A DNA stretch of 64,000 bases from a virus: positions 96,001-160,000 of IMG/VR virus record IMGVR_UViG_3300008267_000004; one strand, 5' to 3'. Positions 51,101 through 59,575 of the stretch are shown piece after piece. The number at the start of each line of letters is the position of its first letter. Within the stretch, counting starts at the first letter, position 1. The position numbers were made by a program, and so were the translations under genes. The notes beneath the pieces were generated by a model that worked only from the letters and a program-made list of their open reading frames with translations, was not told the origin of the DNA and did no database searches.

Positions 51101-51592
51101 GAAACGGTAAAAGTTGTCACCACTATAACTGGTAGAAACCAGCTTAAAAAGATTGTTAAGACCTGTTTGGTTTTGGGCAACAAGAACAAGGTGGCTTCTT
51201 TGATTGAGGGCGCTTTTAATTCCTTTTTTTGTTTCAGATTCATCTTCGACAACCAAACCAATTTCATCATCAACCTGTTTTGCAAGTTTTGCATCATCTT
51301 CATATCTTTCCTTTTCTTTTTTCCAGTCTGGAATTGAAGGATGGACATAGGCTTCAATTCCATACATAACCTTAAAATCAGTTTTACCTTCGTCCTTCAT
51401 TTTCTTTGACTTCATAAAGGCATAAGAAAAAGAGTTCATATTACCATGATTAGTAAATGCAATACCATCCAAACCATTACCGTAAGCATAATCAATATGC
51501 TCGTCGGGAAAGCCTAGACCATCGAAAATACTAAATGTATCGTGATTGTGTAGATTTGCGAACTTTAGGTTTGAATTTTTACGATCAGACAT
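48155..51592 (-). CDS. dnaE: DNA polymerase III alpha subunit (family C)
   Basis: PHP domain (LHNHD...), GRGSGAGSLV, PDIDFD, KFDILGL, FNLSH, C-terminal OB fold; 1145 aa. Confidence 0.96.
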   Translation of the reverse strand: MSDRKNSNLKFANLHNHDTFSIFDGLGFPDEHIDYAYGNGLDGIAFTNHGNMNSFSYAFMKSKKMKDEGKTDFKVMYGIEAYVHPSIPDWKKEKERYEDDAKLAKQVDDEIGLVVEDESETKKGIKSALNQRSHLVLVAQNQTGLNNLFKLVSTSYSGDNFYRFPRIDYDMLRQHGEGIIASSACLGGVLANDYWRNRDAGETAVYSAMEKTVQQMMNIFGDRFYGELQWAMAPEQHILNQYIIKLSQQYGFKLVTTCDAHYPSPDLWKDREIYKMLGWLGKNKEELSMGNLPVSLEEMAYQLYPKNGDQLFQFYKETSKKLGFKYDDDLIAESIERTSDIVKNRIENYVPDTEVKLPSFVIPEGESADSALAKIAIEKLKAAGLHKDNVYVDRLKEELHTIKDRGFSRYFLTMKNIANDAKDVQLCGGGRGSGAGSLVSYLLDITEVDPIKYKLQFSRFIRKNAKDYPDIDFDVSDPMAIKELMIAKYGENTVVPISNYNTLQIRSLIKDISKLYDIPFQEVNEVTSKMQAEAIPVCKRIHGITAGVYIPTWEELKEHSPSLRGYLERYPDVATHVENLQGQIRSISRHAGGVLFAENINEKMPLINSGGVTQTPWTEGQTVRHLEPLGFIKFDILGLASLRMIETCIEHILKRKHGIKNPTFEDVKKYYRDNLHPDKIDLNDQKVYDYVFGEGNFCGTFQFTNMGAQKFCMQAKPKSIVDIAAITSIYRPGPLSANVHTKYIEAKNNPSDIFYMHDVVKEVTEETYGFIVFQEQLSLLAHKLGKDISLDEGNELRKVLTKKGTGKEAQVKEKLYGKFVDGCMEKNIRKVDAENLWKTMEFFSGYGFNLSHAVCYSILSYQCAYLFHYHPAEWLAAFLDKEPEDRKEQAIATAKGYGYNIRRLDINSSGVKWEVGDDGKTLIQPLTSVKGLGEVAIDQIMKYRPFKTVEEILFHDEIIYSKVNKKALDALVRTEAMNSLVDNRFSGLKHFWSAVVVDRPKTKKKLDENIQKYKPEGDFSVEEKIENLVSLSGIYPISLVMDAPTLKRLEEKYIPPISMFEENEDLNQVVWFIPRKYTEKKTKNGKIYWILEVTDNTNQLTSIKCWGVDPKKDKVWLNRPYLGKLQHDDWGFSTRSIKHNFKLLG

Positions 51593-51675
51593 TTATTCTC
51601 CAATAAGAAAGCCACCGATAGGTTCAACTATCAGTGGCTATTGTAGCACTGTAAATTCTCAGAGTCAAGAAGTTT

Positions 51676-51939
51676 TTACTCTTCCATATTATTTTTGCCC
51701 ACGACTGCTGCCTCAATATTGCTGTTTTTTAGTAATGCTACTTCATCTTCTGTTTGACTAGATACTATCGTATTATATAAATACCTTTTATTTTTTGGCT
51801 TCCAAAACGCAATAAATTTATAAAGGTTTGAAAAAAAGATTGCCCAATTTATCCTATACATTCTTCTGTATTCTCTTTTTACTACAACAACTTCTTCTTT
51901 ATTGAAGAGATCTTTCAATGTTGGTCCGATAAAATTCAT
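51676..51939 (-). CDS. hypothetical protein
   Basis: RBS GGAG. Confidence 0.55.
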   Translation of the reverse strand: MNFIGPTLKDLFNKEEVVVVKREYRRMYRINWAIFFSNLYKFIAFWKPKNKRYLYNTIVSSQTEDEVALLKNSNIEAAVVGKNNMEE

Positions 51940-51948
51940 AATTTTCTC

Positions 51949-52173
51949 CTATTCCCAAAGACCGTATCTTCGAACATCCACTTGACCATCCATATGTTGC
52001 TGGACATATTCTTTTCGAGCTTCTGAAGCACCTTCTAGTGTTTTATGGATTGATAAAATTTTTATCAGACCTGTTAACTCATCTGGTTGTCTTGCAACAA
52101 TATAAACTGTCTCTGGCGCTGTACTATTTCTAAATTTCCAATCATAATATAACTTTTTAAAAAATTTAATCAT
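51949..52173 (-). CDS. hypothetical phage protein
   Basis: VYIV...SIHKTLEGA pattern, similar to 16451..16645. Confidence 0.6.
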   Translation of the reverse strand: MIKFFKKLYYDWKFRNSTAPETVYIVARQPDELTGLIKILSIHKTLEGASEARKEYVQQHMDGQVDVRRYGLWE

Positions 52174-52354
52174 TTATTTCTTCCTCCTTATACTCTCCTA
52201 CTTTAAATCTAAGAGTAGACCACCAACAATTATCATTTCTCATATCAGCATTTTTTTGCGCGTCATCTCTGTTTTCAAATAAAATAGGTTTTAAACTGCC
52301 GTCTGTTTCTATCCAGCTACCGGCATCACAATATCTGATAATAACGTATTTCAT
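52166..52354 (-). CDS. hypothetical protein
   Basis: Coupled ORF. Confidence 0.55.
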   Translation of the reverse strand: MKYVIIRYCDAGSWIETDGSLKPILFENRDDAQKNADMRNDNCWWSTLRFKVGEYKEEEIND

Positions 52355-52671
52355 CTATTTTCCTTTGATTTTTGATAGCATGAGTTTGAGCAATATTGCT
52401 TTTGTTCTCCTACACCTTCACCACAGGCAATAAATGTACCAGGAATTATTTCTTTACATTGGTATTGTGAATCTACTTCAAACAACTCTAAATATTCATA
52501 TGTAAGTTTAGCATTAAAAAGATAACTTGGGTAAAGATCACTATAACTGAAATCTGTTCCGCATGTTTCGTTTATTCTTTCTTTAAATTTTCCAAAAGAA
52601 ATTTCTCCCCCATCTAAATACTCTTTAAGGGGTCCATTTATAAAATCCAGTATTAGTTTTTTTTTATCCAT
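52351..52671 (-). CDS. hypothetical protein
   Basis: Start at MDKKK; C-terminal Cys motif. Confidence 0.6.
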   Translation of the reverse strand: MDKKKLILDFINGPLKEYLDGGEISFGKFKERINETCGTDFSYSDLYPSYLFNAKLTYEYLELFEVDSQYQCKEIIPGTFIACGEGVGEQKQYCSNSCYQKSKENR

Positions 52672-52855
52672 TTTGTTTCCATTTTTTGTATTCTTCATAA
52701 GCAAAAAATAAACCTGATAGTTTTTCATCACAAATATAGCACCCATAGCCATCTTTTTTAAGATCATCAAGCTCTTCAAAAAGAACCATAAGTAATTCAT
52801 TCTCTCTATGCATTTTTACAACTTTTTGAAAAATCTCTTCTTCCTCTTTTGTCAT
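52664..52855 (-). CDS. hypothetical protein
   Basis: Coupled at both ends. Confidence 0.55.
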   Translation of the reverse strand: MTKEEEEIFQKVVKMHRENELLMVLFEELDDLKKDGYGCYICDEKLSGLFFAYEEYKKWKQNG

Positions 52856-53709
52856 ATCTTATCTCTTTTTTCTCCGATAAAAAGATCTTTATTTCTGACT
52901 AATTGTAAATTTTTACCTATAAAATTAGAATATCTTTCCCAAGAAGAAATATCATAAAACCATGGTGATTCTACCACAGAAGAATTTTCTAAGTCAAGAT
53001 TTTTAAATATATATTCTACACCAAGAGCTAAAGTTTTCTTCCTATGAGAAAGAGGTATATGCTCAGAATCTCCTGACCATGTATCTATTGCATATCTTTT
53101 TACTAGATCTCTAGCTTTTTTAAAATCATTAGCATCAAATGTAAAATTTATATAAATACCGTCTTTTACTGTTTTACCTAGATTTGAAAATATAACCTGT
53201 TTTGGGCTTAATAACAATTTTCTATTATTTTTTATTGTGTCGTCATCGATTACTCCATAAGGAAATGAGCAAAAAAATTTTTCTGGAGTGACCCACTTAC
53301 TTATCATTTTACATAAGCAGTAAGCTCTATTAGCGCCGTATAGTACACTCCAACCTATTGAGTCTCTTCTATCTCTATCTTTTGGATGAACTGGTATGTA
53401 GTATATGTTAACTCTGCTCGACAGTTTTGCATCATCTCTCTCAGATATATTTACACTTATCGGTCTTACGACCGTATCTCCTATTCTTTTTCTAAGAAGA
53501 GGGATAGTACCCATGTGGCACACAATCCAAACTGTAGAACACCCCGCTAATACACATTCCCAAATAGATTTTTCAACAGCTAAATAATCTTGTGCTATTG
53601 GCATCATTGCATCAGGCCATGGCATATTAAAATCCAGAGGTTGTCCAGCAACTGGTACTATACCCGCTAAATGATATACTGTATTGTCTGATTTTATTAG
53701 GCTTTCCAT
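52852..53709 (-). CDS. nucleotidyltransferase-like (GT-A) protein, degenerate
   Basis: LAGIVPVAG...MPI......E.SI.EC..AGC..VWIV resembles the N-terminus of NDP-sugar pyrophosphorylases. Confidence 0.6.
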   Translation of the reverse strand: MESLIKSDNTVYHLAGIVPVAGQPLDFNMPWPDAMMPIAQDYLAVEKSIWECVLAGCSTVWIVCHMGTIPLLRKRIGDTVVRPISVNISERDDAKLSSRVNIYYIPVHPKDRDRRDSIGWSVLYGANRAYCLCKMISKWVTPEKFFCSFPYGVIDDDTIKNNRKLLLSPKQVIFSNLGKTVKDGIYINFTFDANDFKKARDLVKRYAIDTWSGDSEHIPLSHRKKTLALGVEYIFKNLDLENSSVVESPWFYDISSWERYSNFIGKNLQLVRNKDLFIGEKRDKI

Positions 53710-54464
53710 AATCTGCTTTCTATAAAGTTTAGATATCTATCTTCTACTTTTGGACCACCTAAGATTTTTTCATGGGAATCCGTTAAAATAGAAATATTGT
53801 CTGGAAATTCATAAATATTCTTGCCTAAAGGATATATTTCTCTCCTAATGTGTTGTAAGGTTTGCATATTCTGATATATCCGATATAACCTTAGTCGCAT
53901 GTAAGACTCTGAGAAGTCTATTTTTTCTAATTCTTCATCCGACAATAGCGAATTTATTATTAAATTCTTAAACTGTTTAGTTCCAGAAACATAAGTACCT
54001 GGGTAATATATTGTTCTTGGACAGTCATTGCTTGTGTCTCCCATAAATTTTAATACGTATGTATCTGCTATTCCAAAATAATCAATTACACAATTACTAT
54101 AAGATGTTTTATCTTTTACCGGTGGAAGTCCTTCCACTTTATAATCATCACTTATTATTAATTTATTATATTTAATCTTAATTAGACAATTAGTATTTGT
54201 TGTTACTCTTAGCATATTTTCTTCGTCTAATCTTATAGATTGAACTTTGTCTGATAAAGGACAATATCTATTTATTGATAGCATATAAAACATATGTTCG
54301 TATATTTTTAATTTTTCTTCATAATCAAAATCAAATCCATATTTATATGGTTTTAATCTACGAATATATATAAACGGAACTTTTTGGGCATAAGAAAAAG
54401 AAAGCGCACTCAGATCTGCGCCTATAACAATTGTGTCATAGTGTAAATCTAGAGTGCGCTCCAT
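53697..54464 (-). CDS. protein with degenerate FAD/Rossmann-type N-terminus
   Basis: YDTIVIGADLSAL. Confidence 0.5.
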   Translation of the reverse strand: MERTLDLHYDTIVIGADLSALSFSYAQKVPFIYIRRLKPYKYGFDFDYEEKLKIYEHMFYMLSINRYCPLSDKVQSIRLDEENMLRVTTNTNCLIKIKYNKLIISDDYKVEGLPPVKDKTSYSNCVIDYFGIADTYVLKFMGDTSNDCPRTIYYPGTYVSGTKQFKNLIINSLLSDEELEKIDFSESYMRLRLYRIYQNMQTLQHIRREIYPLGKNIYEFPDNISILTDSHEKILGGPKVEDRYLNFIESRLWKA

Positions 54465-54466
54465 TT

Positions 54467-54652
54467 TTATCCTCTATCGTAGTGTTTAAGGAATGCAATA
54501 AAGTATAATGAAAATCTATGTATGGGTCCGTCATACCAGTCTTCAGTATATCCCCAATCACGGCAAGTTGGATGATTCCAACCTACATAATATGCCATAT
54601 CCTTATATACAAATCCAAAATATTTAGATTCCCAACTACCTATAAATTTCAT
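54467..54652 (-). CDS. hypothetical protein
   Basis: Coupled ORF; WYDGP motif. Confidence 0.55.
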   Translation of the reverse strand: MKFIGSWESKYFGFVYKDMAYYVGWNHPTCRDWGYTEDWYDGPIHRFSLYFIAFLKHYDRG

Positions 54653-54879
54653 TATCCCCTCAAAATTAATTCTGCATCAAGAAGTATTACTAAACTAGTA
54701 TCTGAAAAATGACAAACACATCCGTCACTAATACAAACAGAATTAAATTTTAAATCCTCTTCTGGATGTAGAACTTCTTCAATTTTAATATAACAATTCA
54801 TATTCCATTCAAAAACTTGTCCTAATGTGACTTCTTTAAAGTTTAATTTATGTATTGATGATTTTCTTGTTATTTTCAT
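54652..54879 (-). CDS. hypothetical phage protein
   Basis: FKEVTLGQVF......YIK pattern. Confidence 0.65.
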   Translation of the reverse strand: MKITRKSSIHKLNFKEVTLGQVFEWNMNCYIKIEEVLHPEEDLKFNSVCISDGCVCHFSDTSLVILLDAELILRG

Positions 54880-54881
54880 AT

Positions 54882-55124
54882 TTACTCCGAAGTAGTCTCC
54901 CTAAAACGATCTAATTCTTTCATATCTTCTTGAACCCACTGCATATAACAATTACAACGGTATATGTTTTTTTCCCATGATAAACAATTATAATGATGAG
55001 TTAGAAGCATTGGATCTTTTGTCATGCGTTTATTCATATTCGTCGCAACTGCATTTGAGACACCCAACCATCGGTGCATGATAAACAATACTGTGACCAC
55101 AATAACTACAATCCCCAATAGCAT
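54882..55124 (-). CDS. hypothetical membrane-anchored protein
   Basis: N-terminal transmembrane helix. Confidence 0.55.
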   Translation of the reverse strand: MLLGIVVIVVTVLFIMHRWLGVSNAVATNMNKRMTKDPMLLTHHYNCLSWEKNIYRCNCYMQWVQEDMKELDRFRETTSE

Positions 55125-55147
55125 TTTTTACCTTAGTTTCTTTAGAT

Positions 55148-55888
55148 TTATTTTTCTTCATGAGATGGATTCCTTACTTCATAATACGCTTTAATTGTTT
55201 CTGGATAAAGCTGCTCAAGGATTTTGAGCATCGCATCGGCAACTTTCTGAATTTCCCATTGTGCGCCATCGTGGCTCCTTAAATCAATAAACTTTAGGAT
55301 ATTATTCAAGTTTGCACTTGCATAATACTCTGTATACATATTTTGTGGCAATACACCACGGGCTTGTTCACGGCAAACTCCAGCTTCCATTAACTGGTTA
55401 TATGTTCTAACGGCATCGTCGTGTAAGTCTCTGACAATATCTGATGCTCGTCTTCCTTGAATCCATTGATCTGGTTCTTCGATCCATGGATTAATTTGCT
55501 CGTCGTTATTACTTGCTTGTCTGTTATTAGAATGCTGAGTTCTAAACTCTGTAGGGGCGTAAAACTCAAGATTTTCCGGCGTATAACGCCTACTGATTTC
55601 ATTGTAACTCCATGTTCGGTGTCTGTGATGTTGTGATCTAATAAATAATGGTACTTTTACACGGAAAGTAACAAAACAGTGCTCAAGAGTTGAAGTATGC
55701 CTATGCTTAATAAGATATCTAATGAGCTTACGGTCTTTATCTTCCAGTTCGGCTTTGTGAACTCCAAAACTAACCCTAGCAGAGTTAACAATTGTAAGAT
55801 CACTTCCGACATGATCAACAAGTTCCACTTTTCCAATTCCGTCATGATATAAATTAATACTCAATTGATTCTTTGTAGTCTGGTCCAT
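55148..55888 (-). CDS. thyX: flavin-dependent thymidylate synthase ThyX
   Basis: NSARVS, HTSTLEH, RHRTWSYNEISRRY, EQARGVLP, AQWEI. Confidence 0.95.
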   Translation of the reverse strand: MDQTTKNQLSINLYHDGIGKVELVDHVGSDLTIVNSARVSFGVHKAELEDKDRKLIRYLIKHRHTSTLEHCFVTFRVKVPLFIRSQHHRHRTWSYNEISRRYTPENLEFYAPTEFRTQHSNNRQASNNDEQINPWIEEPDQWIQGRRASDIVRDLHDDAVRTYNQLMEAGVCREQARGVLPQNMYTEYYASANLNNILKFIDLRSHDGAQWEIQKVADAMLKILEQLYPETIKAYYEVRNPSHEEK

Positions 55889-56156
55889 TTTTAAAAACTC
55901 CATATACTGCTGATTCTGGAATGATTGAATACTTTTTCCCTTCATGGTCAAAAGTTTGCATCATATGTGCTTCAAATAACACATAGCTTCCAACATCATG
56001 TTGAAATTGACCAGATTGTGCATCTATAACTTTTGCAACTTTTAGTCTAGAAGCTGCTTTTACATAATCATCTGGTAGAAAAACACCGTTTTGTTGCTGT
56101 TGTTTTTCATCTTCTACTTCAATTACTAGATTTCTATTTCTAGAATAGAAATTCAT
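55854..56156 (-). CDS. groES: GroES-like co-chaperonin
   Basis: RNLVIE...NGVFLPD...VG.YVLF...GKKYSII.E..V.GV. Confidence 0.72.
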   Translation of the reverse strand: MNFYSRNRNLVIEVEDEKQQQQNGVFLPDDYVKAASRLKVAKVIDAQSGQFQHDVGSYVLFEAHMMQTFDHEGKKYSIIPESAVYGVFKNGPDYKESIEY

Positions 56157-56157
56157 G

Positions 56158-56430
56158 CTATACCTTCTTTCCTGTAACCTTTTTGTACATAGAATCTAAT
56201 TCGGTCATATCGGTTTCATCTTTCATTAAACGATATGCCTTTAGTGCCATCTTAATATCATCTTTTGATAGCCAATTATTGCTAACGTAACTTTTCTTAA
56301 GATCTGTTTTTTGATCTTTGAATGGCTGAATAGCTTGTTCAATTGCTACAAGCGACTTTACAAAATCTCTTACTCGATCCTCTTTAGTTTTTTCATCTTT
56401 CGTACCGTTTAATGACATTACTGAACCCAT
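56158..56430 (-). CDS. DsbA/GapR-like dsDNA-binding protein
   Basis: RVRDFV..L..IE..I...KD.K.DL...Y...IK.AL...R helical pattern. Confidence 0.6.
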   Translation of the reverse strand: MGSVMSLNGTKDEKTKEDRVRDFVKSLVAIEQAIQPFKDQKTDLKKSYVSNNWLSKDDIKMALKAYRLMKDETDMTELDSMYKKVTGKKV

Positions 56431-56496
56431 TTTATCTCCATTCTTGTACCAAGTACAACGAACATACTATAACACACAAAAATATTGTGTGCAAAT

Positions 56497-56535
56497 AAAA
56501 AAATATACGCCGTTTTTTAAGCGGCGTATAAAAAA
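56497..56535. terminator. intrinsic terminator (bidirectional-looking)
   Basis: TATACGCCG/CGGCGTATA hairpin flanked by A tracts. Confidence 0.75.
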
Positions 56536-56548
56536 TTATAAATTTTAT

Positions 56549-57577
56549 TTATTTAACAAAAGCCCTTATATTATTCATCAAACTAAAAAATGCTGTTTTA
56601 TACTGGGAAGGGTCGCCTGTTACATGTTTCTTTTTTAGTAATGCAGTTACAATATCTTTTAGATGTTGAGCATCAACCTCACCAGTGTATCCAGCTTTTT
56701 TAAGCGCAGCTAATAATTCTGCTTTAGAATGAATAGCTGCTACTGTTTCTCTGCCAGCAAATTTTGCTGCTTCTTGCAAATATTGAGCACTTTGCTCTGC
56801 GGTCGCTTGTGTGGCATCAATTAAACTACCCATTCTGTCTAGAACCTCTGGCGATTTTAGAACCGCATCTGATTTTAAATGTTCATGCATGGCAGTAAAC
56901 ATATTATTAAATTCTGTCATATCTGACACATCAAATGTTTTCTTTGATCTTATAAATGCATCTAGTTTTTCTACCATCTGAGGAGAAAGATCTACTCCCA
57001 TTTTATGCATAGCGGCTTTATTATGTAGTAAGTTTAGCATCGCTTGAGAATCCGATGTTAATCTAACCTTTTCTCCATAATCGCTATAAACAACATCAGC
57101 TTTTGCAGTTCCAACCATAGAATTATATACTAAATATGCTATAGCTGCCCAAAAAGCCACTTTAACAACCAGTGCAACTATACTATAAAGAGTTGGATAA
57201 TTTTGTTTAAATTTTTCAACTAAACTAAAGACTTTTTGTATTAAGCCAAAGACAGCACCTGCACCCTTAATAGCTAATTGTAGCACTTTAATGCCCATTT
57301 CGTTAATTTTATTAACGACTGCATCTTTTATTCCCTTTAACGCTCCAACAGCTTTTGTTAGGATTCCTTCATTTATAAATTTTAAATCATTTTCTATAGA
57401 TTCTGCTAATATCTTAATATATTCTTCTCTTGAAATTCTGTTTAATGATAATTCTTCATTTAGAACATCTAACTTGAAAGAGCCAAATTTTGTTTCTAAC
57501 AATAAATCAGTAGATTTTTTTTCTACATCATTTGAAAAATTTCTCCAATTTTCCATGATAAGCTGCATATCTCTCAT
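56549..57577 (-). CDS. membrane-associated protein with IMENW leader
   Basis: MRDMQLIMENWRNF; hydrophobic helix LYSIVALVVKVAFWAAIAYLVY. Confidence 0.8.
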   Translation of the reverse strand: MRDMQLIMENWRNFSNDVEKKSTDLLLETKFGSFKLDVLNEELSLNRISREEYIKILAESIENDLKFINEGILTKAVGALKGIKDAVVNKINEMGIKVLQLAIKGAGAVFGLIQKVFSLVEKFKQNYPTLYSIVALVVKVAFWAAIAYLVYNSMVGTAKADVVYSDYGEKVRLTSDSQAMLNLLHNKAAMHKMGVDLSPQMVEKLDAFIRSKKTFDVSDMTEFNNMFTAMHEHLKSDAVLKSPEVLDRMGSLIDATQATAEQSAQYLQEAAKFAGRETVAAIHSKAELLAALKKAGYTGEVDAQHLKDIVTALLKKKHVTGDPSQYKTAFFSLMNNIRAFVK

Positions 57578-57595
57578 ATTAATTCCCCTAATAAA

Positions 57596-57628
57596 ACTCC
57601 GATAATACTTAAATAGTATTATCGGAGT
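57596..57628 (-). terminator. terminator hairpin containing the ACTATTTA octamer
   Basis: ACTCCGATAATACT-5 nt-AGTATTATCGGAGT 14-bp inverted repeat followed by TTT; octamer at 57610-57617. Confidence 0.7.
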
Positions 57629-57641
57629 GTATTAGTAAAAT

Positions 57642-59310
57642 TTATTTAACTGGGCAAGCACCACCAGCACATTCCATAGAATCTTCTAGTTCACCATCAC
57701 CAATATTTTGGTCGTTAATAGGCTTAATTTTTGCTGATAGTTTCTCGTATTGATCTTTTGTAATGGTTTCTTTTGGAGCTTGTTTGAAACCGTGTTCGCT
57801 ATGACATAGGAATGAAATAGTTTTTAGATATTTCAAATTATCATTTAGCCATACCTTTAATTGTTCAATATCTTCACGCTTATAATATACTGTAACTGAC
57901 ACGGATTGATCTGCCCAGTGTTTTTGGGCCATCTTTACAACATCTAATTGTTTCCAAGTTGTCCAATCTTCATCTGCAACAGGCGCATCGTCTGGTGCTG
58001 CAACATAGAAATCAACAACAAGAGTGTTGTGATCTAAGCTACCGTCGAATCTTACCACAGGCTCCATGTAATGTCCAGCTTCTTTTAGGAGTGGAATTAA
58101 TGAATCATTTGCTGAGAATCGTACACGCTGAATAATATAGCGTGAATATCCTGGATGTACTCCTTCATAGCAATCAAATACCTTAGAAATAGTTCCAGAA
58201 GGCTTAATAACTGTGGTACGAATACTTTCTGGAATTCCTAGTTCGCGTGAATATTTTACGTTCTCGTCTTGGATTGCAGCATATGCACGGTCAAGAACAT
58301 CTGGCGTAAATAATGGGCTTTGTAGGCAACCAGTAATACCAGTTCCAATTCTACGATTACGTTTTACAACCGCATCACATTTAGGCTGATGATATTTTTC
58401 TGTTGTTACACGCTTACCCCAACGGTGCATAAGACGCGCAGCTTCAATAAACTCTTCTTCATTTTTTAGATTGGGAAGAGCAATTTCTTGAAGATTACAT
58501 GGCTCACCATCTTCTAGAGTTGCCTCTGCACATGGATTAACACCAATAGCTGTATCTGGCTTTAGTTCACCCATGCGAGCAAATTTTTGCATATTCTCAC
58601 GGTTTACAATACCAAATGGTTCACCTTCTTCATAGGTTTTCCAGAATAGTGGATGTAAATCTTGTGCATCATCTACAACAACTGAGAAGTTAGCCATAGC
58701 TCTTTGGGTTGGAATATTACCAAGATCCCAGCGTTTAGCCTTTAAGTACTCTTTATCCCAACAATCACCGAGAATAATAATAGCTGAACGACGAACATTA
58801 CCGGCAACGACCATCTCAGCAATTGAACACAAGATATCAGATGCGTCAAGAGGTTTGACGACCTTCACGACTATCTGGTACAATAAAATCAGCATCGTGA
58901 GTGTCTTTATTGACAATTTGTACTTCTTTCTTAACTTTTGGTAACTTGCTGACATATCTGTGCTCAACAGACATACCAACACCGCCACCTAACATAAGTA
59001 GATCTTGAGCAAGTACAAAATTGGTCCAATCATCACCAGCAACGAACCAACAGTTATTTAATGCAACACCACCGAGCCGCTTATGAGATGGAGCACCTGA
59101 ATACCACCAACCACGACCAGCGGGACCAGCTTTACGTTGCATTAAATAGTATCGTAGACGATTAATTTCTTCTTCGCTTACATTATGACCAACTACATTT
59201 CCATGTATAACACGTTCTACGGTGTCTTCCCAATTTTCTAACGCGCCATAATCTTTACGTGCGTATGTTCTTTTATATACAACTTTAGCTAGATTGGACC
59301 AATTTGACAT
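57642..59310 (-). pseudogene. nrdJ: class II (B12-dependent) ribonucleoside-triphosphate reductase, split by deletion/frameshift
   Basis: N-part 58846..59310 (YKRTYAR, GRGWW, LNNC, GGGVG, PDSREG); C-part (VVAGNVRRSA, NPCAE, EPCNL, KPSGT, C-terminal CAGGACP) in a different frame; the IRxxGxxIxGFGGxASGP segment is absent. Confidence 0.8.
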
Positions 59311-59325
59311 TACTTATTTCTCCTA

Positions 59326-59574
59326 TTATAGAATTTCTTTTAACTTGGTGACATTTGCACCACCAACCACTCTTTGTACCTCTGTGTTATTTTCTAATAC
59401 AACAAATGTTGGAACCCCCGCTACACCAAAATTAGTAGCCATTACTGGGTTTTCGTCAACGTCAACTACTTCAAATTGAACTCCCTGTACTGACTCTTTT
59501 AATTGATTAAATACGGGCTTTGCTTGACGACATGGACCACACCAACTAGCTGAAAACATAATTACTTTCTTCAT
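59326..59574 (-). CDS. trxA: thioredoxin
   Basis: WCGPC, VPTF. Confidence 0.92.
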   Translation of the reverse strand: MKKVIMFSASWCGPCRQAKPVFNQLKESVQGVQFEVVDVDENPVMATNFGVAGVPTFVVLENNTEVQRVVGGANVTKLKEIL

Positions 59575-59575
59575 T

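Noticed and set aside
57642-59310. Intein or intron explaining the split nrdJ
   Set aside because: Sequence is missing rather than inserted; there is no intervening element between the two halves.
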